Origin: a bacterium
GTDB lineage: Bacteria > SZUA-182 > DTGQ01 > JAFGSM01
Direction of reading: 5' to 3'
NCBI GenBank assembly: GCA_049472335.1
Contig: JBLIRO010000105.1
Coordinates: 1-14,683, forward strand
DNA length: 14,683 bases
A model generated the notes under the pieces. It was not told the origin of the DNA. It did not search any database and saw nothing but the letters and a program-made list of their open reading frames with translations. This document shows positions 1 to 8,120 of this stretch, piece by piece (within the stretch, counting starts at the first letter, position 1; the number at the start of each line of letters is the position of its first letter). Both the position numbers and the translations under genes were made by a program.

Positions 1-1
1 G

Positions 2-502
2 CGAACGCTCAAATGGGTTGGGACGGTAGCTTGTCTGCTGACCGTCGCTGCTTGGGCGTATAGCCGATGGCTGGGAACTCTGGAATTTGGGTACGATCCC
101 ATCGTCGACCAGCCGGAAGTCATGCTGACGGATGGTTACCTCTGTATCAACCCCGGGCTGAGTTGGGTCAGGGATGATCCTCCGCACCAAGTCTACCTTG
201 GTCATCTCCCGATTCCACTTCTCGGCGTGTTGATCGCGCTTGCGATTCCGACCGCTCTCCTCTGGATTGCCGACCGCGCGCGACCGCTGCGCGGTCATTG
301 TAAAAGCTGCGGTTACGATCTGACCGGCAACGTCAGTGGGCGGTGTCCCGAGTGCGGCGAGCCCGCGAAAGTCGAGTCGGCAGCGGGTTCGATGAACCAC
401 AGAGGCACAGAGACACAGAGAAAAACAAGATCGCCCAAGCACTCTGGCCCCGCACGGGTTTGCCGTTCTCTGTGCCTTCGTGTCTCTGTGAGAAGATCGT
501 GA
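2..502 (+). CDS. 5'-partial membrane protein with C-terminal zinc ribbon (CxxC...CPEC)
   Basis: The frame of ORF 122..502 is open back to base 2 (RTLKWVGTVACLLTVAAWAYS...). It has two hydrophobic segments, then CKSCGYDLTGNVSGRCPECG. From recollection this architecture is typical of Planctomycetota (Phycisphaerae) proteins. The C-terminal tail reads through a REP-like repeat. Confidence 0.7.
   Translation, partial: RTLKWVGTVACLLTVAAWAYSRWLGTLEFGYDPIVDQPEVMLTDGYLCINPGLSWVRDDPPHQVYLGHLPIPLLGVLIALAIPTALLWIADRARPLRGHCKSCGYDLTGNVSGRCPECGEPAKVESAAGSMNHRGTETQRKTRSPKHSGPARVCRSLCLRVSVRRS
398..490. repeat. REP-like imperfect inverted repeat (25-bp arms)
   Basis: CACAGAGGCACAGAGACACAGAGAA (398-422) pairs with TTCTCTGTGCCTTCGTGTCTCTGTG (466-490). 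A related left-arm-like stretch at ~522-550 has no partner. Confidence 0.7.
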
Positions 503-553
503 AAAGAGACATGTTGATTTGAACCACCAAGGCAGGAAGGGCACAAAGAAGAG

Positions 554-841
554 ATGGCTTGTCGGGGGGCGCAGGTCATTGAGCTGCTTATAGAACGTGA
601 GCGGCTCGATTCAAAAAAATTGCCCCGTAATGGAAAAGATCCTTATCTTTGGGAACATCATGATCCTGATTTAGAAATAGCTGTTTGTCAAAACTGTCCT
701 TTTTTTGCCCATGATTGTGATTTTCAATCGAAAAACCAATTACCAGGTGCAGAACCTTGTGGTGGCTATATTTTACTCTGTTTGCTTAAAGAAAACGGCA
801 GTATAATCATAGGTGACCTGGAGAAAACTACAGGTGAATAA
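554..841 (+). CDS. Cys-rich hypothetical protein, probably the C-terminal remnant of a longer gene cut at the ~570 junction
   Basis: Contains CQNCPFFAHDCDF...EPCGG. Its stop overlaps the radical SAM GTG start (GTGAATAA). The first ~7 codons lie in the GC-rich segment. Confidence 0.55.
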   Translation: MACRGAQVIELLIERERLDSKKLPRNGKDPYLWEHHDPDLEIAVCQNCPFFAHDCDFQSKNQLPGAEPCGGYILLCLLKENGSIIIGDLEKTTGE

Positions 842-1991
842 CCAGGATCGGCTCTCGATGTTCCTTAGGCTTAATAACAATGTGGCGCTGAAAAGGCTTG
901 AGTCTCCTTATCTGTATCACATAGGAAAAGACGAGCTTTATGATATTGATGAAAAGGCGGAGGCCTTTTTAGCCCGGTGTGATGGCACCTTAAAACGCTA
1001 TGAAGTAGAATCTGAATCTGAATTCATTGAATATTGTCTGCAAGAAGGTTTGCTTGAATCACTTCCTCGACCAGATCGAATTCGTGTTTCCATAGACCGT
1101 TCTCCGGTACCTTCCTTAAGATATCTTGAGTTGCAGATTTTACATCGTTGTAATCTTAAATGCCGTCACTGCTATCTGGGACCTCCCCGGCAGGATGAAT
1201 TGTCGCTTGCAGATGCGCTCAATATCACCAGAGAGTTTGTTTCAAACGGAGGCTTGCGCCTTTTAATCTCCGGTGGCGAACCACTATTATATCCCTATTT
1301 GAAGAATTTTATAAAAGAAACCACGGGTTTGAAGCTAAGAAGGGTGTTGTTGACAAACGGGACCCTGATTACAGAGGAGAATATCTCCTGGCTCAATGTG
1401 GAAAATATTCAATTCAGTCTGGATGGCTGGAGGAAGGGGCATGATCTATTGCGGGGAAAGGGTAATTTTGATAAGACTATTCAGGGAATACATCTTGCCC
1501 GGGATGCCGGTATACCCATTTCGATAGCAACTATGATCCACAGGGGGAATCTGAATGAATTTGAAAAAATCAGTGCTTTTACAAAGGAAATCGCTGCCAC
1601 GGAATGGGGAATCGATATGCTTTGTGTCGCAGGTTCTTTAAAATCTAACACTGACTTAATCGTTCCTTATAAAAGGGCTGCACACCTCATGAAATATGCT
1701 TATGGCGGAGGTTATCACGGTTCTTCGGATGGTTTCGCCTGCGGCAGACATCTTATGACGGTATTGCCTACAGGCAAGGCTGTCAAGTGTGGATTTTATG
1801 AGGATAGCCCCTTGGGAGATTCACGACAGGGTCTTATCCCCTGCTGGCTAAAGCTGGAGCATATTCCTCTGGATCAATTAGATTGTAGAGGTTGCCCTGC
1901 TGTAAATGATTGTGCAGGTGGGTGCCGCTTCCGTGCATCCACTCCGCTGGCTCCGGACCCTGTTATGTGCTATTTTTACGGAATAAAATGA
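834..1991 (+). CDS. Radical SAM protein with SPASM domain and N-terminal PqqD/RRE-like extension
   Basis: CNLKCRHC (CxxxCxxC), SGGEP, TNGTLI and SLDG motifs. The C-terminal Cys cluster is FACG...KCG...CRGCPAVNDCAGGC...MC. The start is likely GTG 834, with GGAG at 820-823, rather than 813. Confidence 0.9.
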   Translation: MNNQDRLSMFLRLNNNVALKRLESPYLYHIGKDELYDIDEKAEAFLARCDGTLKRYEVESESEFIEYCLQEGLLESLPRPDRIRVSIDRSPVPSLRYLELQILHRCNLKCRHCYLGPPRQDELSLADALNITREFVSNGGLRLLISGGEPLLYPYLKNFIKETTGLKLRRVLLTNGTLITEENISWLNVENIQFSLDGWRKGHDLLRGKGNFDKTIQGIHLARDAGIPISIATMIHRGNLNEFEKISAFTKEIAATEWGIDMLCVAGSLKSNTDLIVPYKRAAHLMKYAYGGGYHGSSDGFACGRHLMTVLPTGKAVKCGFYEDSPLGDSRQGLIPCWLKLEHIPLDQLDCRGCPAVNDCAGGCRFRASTPLAPDPVMCYFYGIK

Positions 1992-2026
1992 GTTGTATAA
2001 AAAATAAAATTTAGGAGTTTTGATCA

Positions 2027-2056
2027 ACTTTAGGCACTTTACACTTCAGGCACTTT
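2027..2056. repeat. Two 14-bp direct repeats ACTT(T/C)AGGCACTTT
   Basis: Copies at 2027-2040 and 2043-2056, between convergent genes. Confidence 0.6.
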
Positions 2057-2060
2057 TAAA

Positions 2061-3428
2061 TCATTTATTACGCCTGATTTTGTGTTTTTTCATTTTATAC
2101 CTCAAAACCCTTTCGCTGATTCCTAATTCCCTGGCTGCTCTTGTTTGTATCCACGCATTATTCTCAAGAGCTTTAATTATCAATGCCTGTTCCGAGGCCG
2201 CCATCTGGCTTGTTAACTGGCTGGATTCAATTGACTCAAGCCCTTCCTTTGATGTTTTTTTTATCTGAATCGGCAGGTCTTCCTCATCAATAACATCATG
2301 CCGTGTCAGGACAACCGCCCGTTCTATAATGTTTTCCAGTTCCCTTATATTTCCGGGATAATTATATTTTAAAAGGATATCTCTGGCCTCACGGGTTATT
2401 CCTCTGATTTGTTTATGGCATTTCAGGCTGAATTTTTCTAAAAAATGTTCGATGAGTTTTGGAATGTCCTCCTTTCTTTGCCTTAAAGGAGGAATGAAAA
2501 TGGGAACTACATTCAGGCGGTAATAAAGGTCTTCACGAAATGTGCCTTCCTGTATCAATTTCTCCAGGTCCCTGTTTGTGGCGGCCAAAATCCGGCAATT
2601 TGTTTCAAAGGTCTTGTTTGAGCCGAGGCGCTGAAATGTTTTTTCCTGGATAATCCTGAGGAGTTTTGCCTGGGTGCTGAGGGATATGTCGCCAATCTCG
2701 TCCATAAAGATCGATCCGCCGTCTGCCTCTTCAAATCTCCCTCTTCTAAGGGTAAGCGCTCCGGTGAAAGCCCCCTTTTCATGTCCGAATAACTCTGATT
2801 CTAAGAGGGTTTCAGGTAAGGCCGCGCAATTGACCTTGATCAAAGGTCGATCAGATCTCAGACTGTGGAAATGGATGGCTTGGGCAATCAATTCCTTTCC
2901 CGTGCCGCTCTCGCCTCTTATCAGTATTGTAGTATCAGACTGGGCGACACGGGTAACAAGATTGAGCACTTCTTCCATCTGGCTGCTTGCGCTGACTATC
3001 TGGTCAAAGGAGAATCTCTCATGCATTATCCTTTTTAGTTCACGGTTTTCTTCGCGCAGTTGAAGGTAGTCCGTGCCCTTTTTTAGAATCACAGAAAGCT
3101 CATCCAAATCAACAGGTTTCGTCAGATAATGATAAGCTCCCTCTTTCATTGCCTGAACAGCCATCTCTATAGTCCCATATGCCGTAAAGATTATGACGAG
3201 TATCTCAGGGTTGATCTTTCTAATACTGGTCAAAAGCTCCAGGCCTGTCATCTCAGGCATTTGATGATCGGTAAGAACAACATCCACAGGCTGCTCTTTT
3301 ATGACAGAAACGGCCTCATGGCCGGTCTTGCATCCTATGCACTGATACCCCTTTTTATTTAGAAAACCCACAAGCATCTCTCGTTGATTCTTTTCATCAT
3401 CAACAACCAATACAACACGATTTTTCAT
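2061..3428 (-). CDS. Sigma54-dependent response regulator (NtrC/ZraR/AtoC family; REC-AAA+-HTH)
   Basis: Receiver domain (VVDDE, LTDHQMP), Walker A GESGTGKE, ESELFGHEKGAFTGA, DEIG, FREDLYYRLNV, PGNIRELEN and a C-terminal Fis-type HTH. Confidence 0.96.
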   Translation of the reverse strand: MKNRVVLVVDDEKNQREMLVGFLNKKGYQCIGCKTGHEAVSVIKEQPVDVVLTDHQMPEMTGLELLTSIRKINPEILVIIFTAYGTIEMAVQAMKEGAYHYLTKPVDLDELSVILKKGTDYLQLREENRELKRIMHERFSFDQIVSASSQMEEVLNLVTRVAQSDTTILIRGESGTGKELIAQAIHFHSLRSDRPLIKVNCAALPETLLESELFGHEKGAFTGALTLRRGRFEEADGGSIFMDEIGDISLSTQAKLLRIIQEKTFQRLGSNKTFETNCRILAATNRDLEKLIQEGTFREDLYYRLNVVPIFIPPLRQRKEDIPKLIEHFLEKFSLKCHKQIRGITREARDILLKYNYPGNIRELENIIERAVVLTRHDVIDEEDLPIQIKKTSKEGLESIESSQLTSQMAASEQALIIKALENNAWIQTRAARELGISERVLRYKMKKHKIRRNK

Positions 3429-5191
3429 GCATTCTCCCGCCGATTTTCATCATTTTCTTTTACTATCTTATACGGCAAATAAAGTGTAAATTGAGAGCCC
3501 TTGCCAACTTCTGAATCCACTTCAATCCTTCCGCAATGGTCCTCTATGATTTTTTGGGAAATGGGCAGGCCTAATCCGATCCCTCCCTCTTTATCAGTGT
3601 AATAAAATTCAAATATCTTATTTTTCTGGGAATCAGTCAAACCCGGTCCTGTATCCTTAATGCTTATAATTGCTTCATGTTTGGAAAGCTGAAGGTTTAT
3701 TGTGATTTTCCCGCCGTTTGGCATGGCCTGTATCGCATTTCGGATAATATTGATCATGCACTGTTTTATCTGATCAGGATCACACCAGACTTTGATCCCG
3801 TTTTTATTGTAGTTTTTTTCTATTGTGACCTTGTTCTTTTCCGCTTCAGCACTCAGGAAAAGAACAAGATCATCAGTCAATTTATTGAGAGACACGAAAG
3901 ACTTTACCGGCAGGGATTTTTTAGTAAAGTTCAAAAACTCTGTTATTATTTTATCCACCCTCTTGATTTCCTCCCTTATCACCCTGCTGAATTGTAAGAA
4001 ATTATTTTTGTCCTCTTCTGATGATGGAAGAAATTCATTTTGTAGACGCTGGATCGCCATGCTTATTGCATTGAGGGGGTTTCTTATCTCGTGGGCAACA
4101 CCGGCAGCCAGCTTTCCTATGGAAATCAATTTATCCGTCCTTTGCATTTCTTTCTCACGTACTTTCTGCTGCCAGTATTGACGGTATTGATGGAAGAAGA
4201 TAAGCAGTATGCCAATGATGCCTAACCCTATCAGCAGCCCCCCGAACCATAGCGCCTGGGAGCTTATAGTCCTTTCAGCCTCCTTTAGCTTTGATAAAGA
4301 GAGACCGACACGCATCAGACCAATTCTTTTACCCCTGAACGAAAAGGGGTGTCTTATCTCCATTACTCTTTCCCCTGTTTTTGAAAGAGAAATTTGGGTG
4401 GATCTCGACTCCTCCTGTTTTAGATAATTATATAAAGGCTGAGTAAGTGTAGGGGGGCCGGATTCACCCTTTTGGGATATTATTCTATTAAAAGGGTCTT
4501 CATAAATAAGATATTCTATACCCGGTTTTGAGCCTATTTCTTTGATGATCTTGGAAAGCCCGATTTCTGACCTGAAACGATGCAGATAATCAGCCTGGAC
4601 ATGGATAATAATAGCCCCCGGAACAGTTCTTCTGGCGACCGCAACCCATAAAAGATCCTCTTGAATAGGATTGCTGGGCTCACTTCCAACAAGCAACTGC
4701 TTTTTTTGCCCGGAAAGGATATGATTGAACATTGTCACAATCTGTGCCGGTTCAATGGGTAATCCCGGAACGGAAGGATCGGGAGAAGGAAAAGGGGGCA
4801 GGGAATCAAGAACGGGCCTTCCAAACGCATCTGTAATGATAACTCGAAAGAGATTCGTATCGCGAACCAATTGTTTAAGAATGTATTCATTTGCGCCCGT
4901 GGAAGACATTATTCGGTCAATCATATAGGCATTATCCAGAAGTCTTTCTGCAATCTGTTGCCTGACAAGGGAATCCGATAGAATAGCATTTTGCCAGGAT
5001 ATTTCCAGACTTTGTATAAGGGCCTGCCCCTGGTATTCCAGGAGGTTATACATTTCTATTTTTTGTCGTCTCAACTGATTCAACGCATATACAACAAGCA
5101 AAATGATCAATAAAAAAATACTGACCACGGCATATGTAGTAAATAATGGTATGCCTTGTGTTTTTTTCTTTTTTTCATCAATTGAATTCAT
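3425..5191 (-). CDS. Membrane sensor histidine kinase (ZraS-like)
   Basis: Two TM helices flank a large periplasmic domain. H-box AHEIRNPL, N-box NAIQAM, DTGPG and GIGLGL are present. It overlaps the regulator by 4 bp (ATGA). Confidence 0.95.
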   Translation of the reverse strand: MNSIDEKKKKTQGIPLFTTYAVVSIFLLIILLVVYALNQLRRQKIEMYNLLEYQGQALIQSLEISWQNAILSDSLVRQQIAERLLDNAYMIDRIMSSTGANEYILKQLVRDTNLFRVIITDAFGRPVLDSLPPFPSPDPSVPGLPIEPAQIVTMFNHILSGQKKQLLVGSEPSNPIQEDLLWVAVARRTVPGAIIIHVQADYLHRFRSEIGLSKIIKEIGSKPGIEYLIYEDPFNRIISQKGESGPPTLTQPLYNYLKQEESRSTQISLSKTGERVMEIRHPFSFRGKRIGLMRVGLSLSKLKEAERTISSQALWFGGLLIGLGIIGILLIFFHQYRQYWQQKVREKEMQRTDKLISIGKLAAGVAHEIRNPLNAISMAIQRLQNEFLPSSEEDKNNFLQFSRVIREEIKRVDKIITEFLNFTKKSLPVKSFVSLNKLTDDLVLFLSAEAEKNKVTIEKNYNKNGIKVWCDPDQIKQCMINIIRNAIQAMPNGGKITINLQLSKHEAIISIKDTGPGLTDSQKNKIFEFYYTDKEGGIGLGLPISQKIIEDHCGRIEVDSEVGKGSQFTLYLPYKIVKENDENRRENA

Positions 5192-5236
5192 AATAAAGTG
5201 TTTCTAAAAAGTGTTTATCAGCCATATTATAATATA

Positions 5237-5266
5237 TATACTCTACTCTTTTATACTCTACTCTTT
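5237..5266. repeat. Perfect 15-bp tandem duplication TATACTCTACTCTTT x2
   Basis: Copies at 5237-5251 and 5252-5266, immediately upstream of a minus-strand TATAAT (5227-5232) preceding the kinase gene. Confidence 0.8.
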
Positions 5267-5323
5267 TAAATATTTTCATACAAGTAAGAAATAAAGACAG
5301 GACCTGTTTTTAAGTTTTTTTAC

Positions 5324-5354
5324 AAAAAAGGCGAGGGGATTAATCCCCCTCGCC
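5324..5354 (-). terminator. Rho-independent terminator
   Basis: The minus strand reads GGCGAGGGGGATTAATCCCCTCGCC followed by TTTTTT. Confidence 0.85.
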
Positions 5355-5486
5355 CATTTAAATATCACCCCCCTTAATTACAAAGAGCCTTTTAAAAAAT
5401 GTTTAATGTTAAAACCACTCCTCCCTTTTAAAATAATCTCTCTCTTTACCTCCTTTCTTTTTTATTGTTATCAACTATCCCCTGTT
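5324..5486 (-). ncRNA. Candidate sigma54-dependent small RNA with three SD-like motifs
   Basis: Lies between a -24/-12 promoter and a terminator. Contains AAAGGAGGT, AAGGGAGGAG and TAAGGGGGGTGAT, with no convincing ORF. Confidence 0.5.
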
Positions 5487-5496
5487 TTTATAGTAA

Positions 5497-5512
5497 AGCA
5501 ACTCCTATGCCT
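5497..5512 (-). promoter_or_regulatory. Sigma54 (-24/-12) promoter
   Basis: The minus strand reads AGGCATAGGAGTTGCT, i.e. GG-N10-GC, close to the TGGCAC-N5-TTGC consensus. It sits next to a sigma54 activator gene. Confidence 0.75.
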
Positions 5513-5607
5513 GATCATAAAAGAAGATTATTGATTTAAAAAAAATATTGAAATAAAAGGAGTAATTGGGTTTTTGCAAAAAGGTTTCAGGTGTCTTTTT
5601 TAAAATG

Positions 5608-5648
5608 ATTCGACAATTTAAAAAGACAATTCGACAAAAATGTCTAAT
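5608..5648. promoter_or_regulatory. Putative enhancer (bEBP binding) sites
   Basis: Palindrome ATTCGACA-aaaa-TGTCTAAT (5629-5648) plus a second ATTCGACA half-site 21 bp away (5608-5615). These lie ~100-135 bp upstream of the -24 box, with an IHF-like TTGATTTAA (5531-5539) in between. Confidence 0.6.
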
Positions 5649-5741
5649 CACTATTTCAACAATCCTCTTTCTTCTATGATTTATTATAAGATCCGGATTC
5701 CTATTGGCAGTAATTATCCATTTTATGCTATTATCTGCTTC

Positions 5742-6962
5742 ATGTTATCTGAAAAAAAAGGAAAAAGTAATCAAGAAGGGATTGTGGCCATTACCGGATG
5801 CCAAACCTATAATCTTGATGGGGTAAAAAAGGCCATCAGGTCAATTTTAAAAAATTTTGGCGGCTTGGAGAGCTTAATAGAGCCAGGGCAAAAGGTGGCC
5901 CTTAAACCTAATCTTCTCAGGGGGGCGGAAGCGGATAGCGCTGTTATTACTCATCCGTCTGTGGTAGAGGCTGTGGGGGAAATTGTGCTTGAGGCGGGAG
6001 GAAAGCCTCTTATTATTGATAGTCCAGGCTCAGGAATACCTTATAAATCCAAATTTTTAAAGAAAGTATATAAAAGATGCGGATATTTAGGGATAAATAA
6101 ATCTATTGAATTGAATTATGACTGTAAATTCGAATCTGTCCCTTTTCATAAAGGAAGAATATTAAAACGTTTCGAGATTCTTTCTCCTATTCTTGAAGCT
6201 GATTTGATAATAAATTTACCAAAAGTAAAATCCCACAGTTTTACCTATTTAAGCTGTGCAGTAAAAAATCTTTTCGGAGTTGTGCCGGGTTTTTATAAAT
6301 CTGCTTATCATGGAAGATTTCAGGATCAGGAAAGCTTTGGCCGCATGTTGATAGATCTGTGCATGTTTCTGAAACCAGGTTTAACCATATGCGATGGAAT
6401 CGTTGGAATGGAAGGGGATGGGCCTTCCTGGGGAAAAAGGAAAATGCTCGGAGTCGTTGCTGTTTCAGATAACCCTTTTCTTCTTGACTTTTTAATAAGC
6501 AACCTGATCGGCTTTGATCCTATGGAGATCCATTATTTGAAACAGGCGGTTCATGAGAGACTATGTCCTGCTAATATATCAAGGGCAACCATAAAAGCAG
6601 ACAAGGACCTTGAGGAACTTCATGTTTCATTTGAAAAGCCGATAACAATTAGTAATAAAAGACTTACAGACAGTTTAAAGAAGATTATTCTACTCAAGCT
6701 TGTTTGCAATATGTGTGAATGGATATTGAGCTTAAAACCTTTCATAGACAGGCAATCATGTCAGGGATGCGGGATTTGTGTTAAGAGCTGTCCCCAAAAG
6801 GCGATTGGACTGGTTGATAACATAAGTAAAATAAATTATAGTAAATGTATCAGGTGCTATTGTTGCCATGAACTTTGTCCTTATGAGAGTATCATGCTTA
6901 AAAGGTCATTTGGCCTTAAGTTGCTGCAAAGATTCGTGAGAGACCGCAACAATGAGGAATAA
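5742..6962 (+). CDS. DUF362 domain protein with C-terminal 2x[4Fe-4S] ferredoxin domain
   Basis: KVALKPNLL, THP, NLPKVKSH, AVKNLFGVVPG and DGIVGMEGDGP motifs, plus CQGCGICVKSCP and CIRCYCCHELCP. The start is likely ATG 5742, because 5640 lies inside the enhancer palindrome. Confidence 0.88.
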   Translation: MLSEKKGKSNQEGIVAITGCQTYNLDGVKKAIRSILKNFGGLESLIEPGQKVALKPNLLRGAEADSAVITHPSVVEAVGEIVLEAGGKPLIIDSPGSGIPYKSKFLKKVYKRCGYLGINKSIELNYDCKFESVPFHKGRILKRFEILSPILEADLIINLPKVKSHSFTYLSCAVKNLFGVVPGFYKSAYHGRFQDQESFGRMLIDLCMFLKPGLTICDGIVGMEGDGPSWGKRKMLGVVAVSDNPFLLDFLISNLIGFDPMEIHYLKQAVHERLCPANISRATIKADKDLEELHVSFEKPITISNKRLTDSLKKIILLKLVCNMCEWILSLKPFIDRQSCQGCGICVKSCPQKAIGLVDNISKINYSKCIRCYCCHELCPYESIMLKRSFGLKLLQRFVRDRNNEE

Positions 6963-7141
6963 TCACTCTTTTATGTATTTCTTACTTATTGTTTTTTTAT
7001 GGATTTTTATAAATAAAAAGACTTGAGAGTCTAACCTTGATAATCTATAATTTATATTTGCTGTTGAACTAATTCTCGATAAACGTGTAAAAGTCATTGA
7101 AGTTTTGCTTCTACCTTTTTATTAACGAGAGGAGGGAAAAA

Positions 7142-7525
7142 ATGATAGAAGGGCTTTCAAAAGAGATGTGGGAACTTATTATGAACGTACTCCCCTTCGA
7201 ATTGACCCTTATTGATGATAATGACAAGGTGCTATACTTTAACCGGGAGGGAAAAAGGATATTCCCCAGGCCTCAATCGATAATAGGAAAGAAGGTCCAG
7301 GACTGTCATCCTCCCAAGACCCTTCATTTGGTTAATCAGGTTATTGATGATCTAAGGACCGGACGGCGTGAGTCAGCCTCCTTTTGGATAGATCTTCACA
7401 GGAGGAAGATATATATCAGGTATTTCGCTTTGAGAGGAGAAGACGACTCTTATCTGGGATGTATAGAGGTGACGCAGGATATTACAGAGATACAAAAATT
7501 GGAGGGAGAAAGAAGACTGCTCTAA
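7142..7525 (+). CDS. Small PAS-fold protein (PAS_10 / DUF438-associated type)
   Basis: LPFELTLIDDNDKVLYFN, RIFPR, the CHPP motif, FWI, IYIRYFALR and YLGCIEVTQDIT. RBS GAGGAGG lies before ATG 7142. Confidence 0.85.
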   Translation: MIEGLSKEMWELIMNVLPFELTLIDDNDKVLYFNREGKRIFPRPQSIIGKKVQDCHPPKTLHLVNQVIDDLRTGRRESASFWIDLHRRKIYIRYFALRGEDDSYLGCIEVTQDITEIQKLEGERRLL

Positions 7526-7614
7526 ACATCCCGGGATAATCATATTCACAATATTGTTCGCGCTCCTGTTACGCGATTATCATGATTAGAATCACTGTGT
7601 TTTATCTCCTGAGA

Positions 7615-7737
7615 TTGATGGATTCGTAAAAAGTCCGAAATATTTAGCAAATTGACTTTATATTTAAGATAGCTATACATTTCAGAAATATAATGGTGAT
7701 TCCTGGGTGTCAAAATGACTTTTTACGATTACATCAA
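7615..7737. mobile_element. MITE-like element with 21-bp terminal inverted repeats
   Basis: TTGATGGATTCGTAAAAAGTC (7615-7635) and GACTTTTTACGATTACATCAA (7717-7737) are 19/21 complementary. The element is absent from the paralogous leader at ~9717. Confidence 0.65.
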
Positions 7738-7739
7738 GA

Positions 7740-7769
7740 CTGACATGATTGAATTATAGGGATTATAAT
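7740..7769 (+). promoter_or_regulatory. Putative sigma70 promoter of paralogue 1
   Basis: CTGACA-N18-TATAAT. The homologous site before paralogue 3 has TTGACA at 9720 and TTATATAAT at 9743-9751. Confidence 0.45.
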
Positions 7770-8120
7770 TTAAATGTCGAATATAGCACGTCAAGACTAG
7801 ATAACCATGTTGATTTAAGTCTAGCCTGCTACACACATCTCATCTTTACAGCAGCTTACAGAAGACTCCCCCCCAGAAGGGAAAAAAGAATCCTCTTTAC
7901 GTCTATTAGAATATAAGACAACTTTAAAATCTCTTTGATTCTCTTCTGCTCTTCCTGAGAGATTTGTTTTGGTCTAAAACAAGATTCAGATGCAGTTATC
8001 CATGTACCCATTGAGTGATTCCTTCATAAGAAAACCAGGAAATAAAGGGGGTGATGCCAATAAAACAGGAAACATCTTGCCGTGCTTTTAATGAATCCAT
8101 CAATAGAGGGGAGAAAAGCT

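Noticed and set aside
313..579. Minus-strand ORFs 313..579 and 333..530
   Set aside because: They read through the REP-like repeat and are antisense to the zinc-ribbon gene, with no independent coding signal.
2020..4928. Small ORFs antisense to or overlapping the two-component genes (2020, 2555, 2674, 3129, 3677, 3825, 4209, 4725)
   Set aside because: Shadow ORFs of well-supported genes, with no motifs or RBS.
7790..7822. Xer dif site
   Set aside because: The spacer is 5 bp rather than 6 and the XerD-arm match is only 7/11; an IHF-like site fits better.
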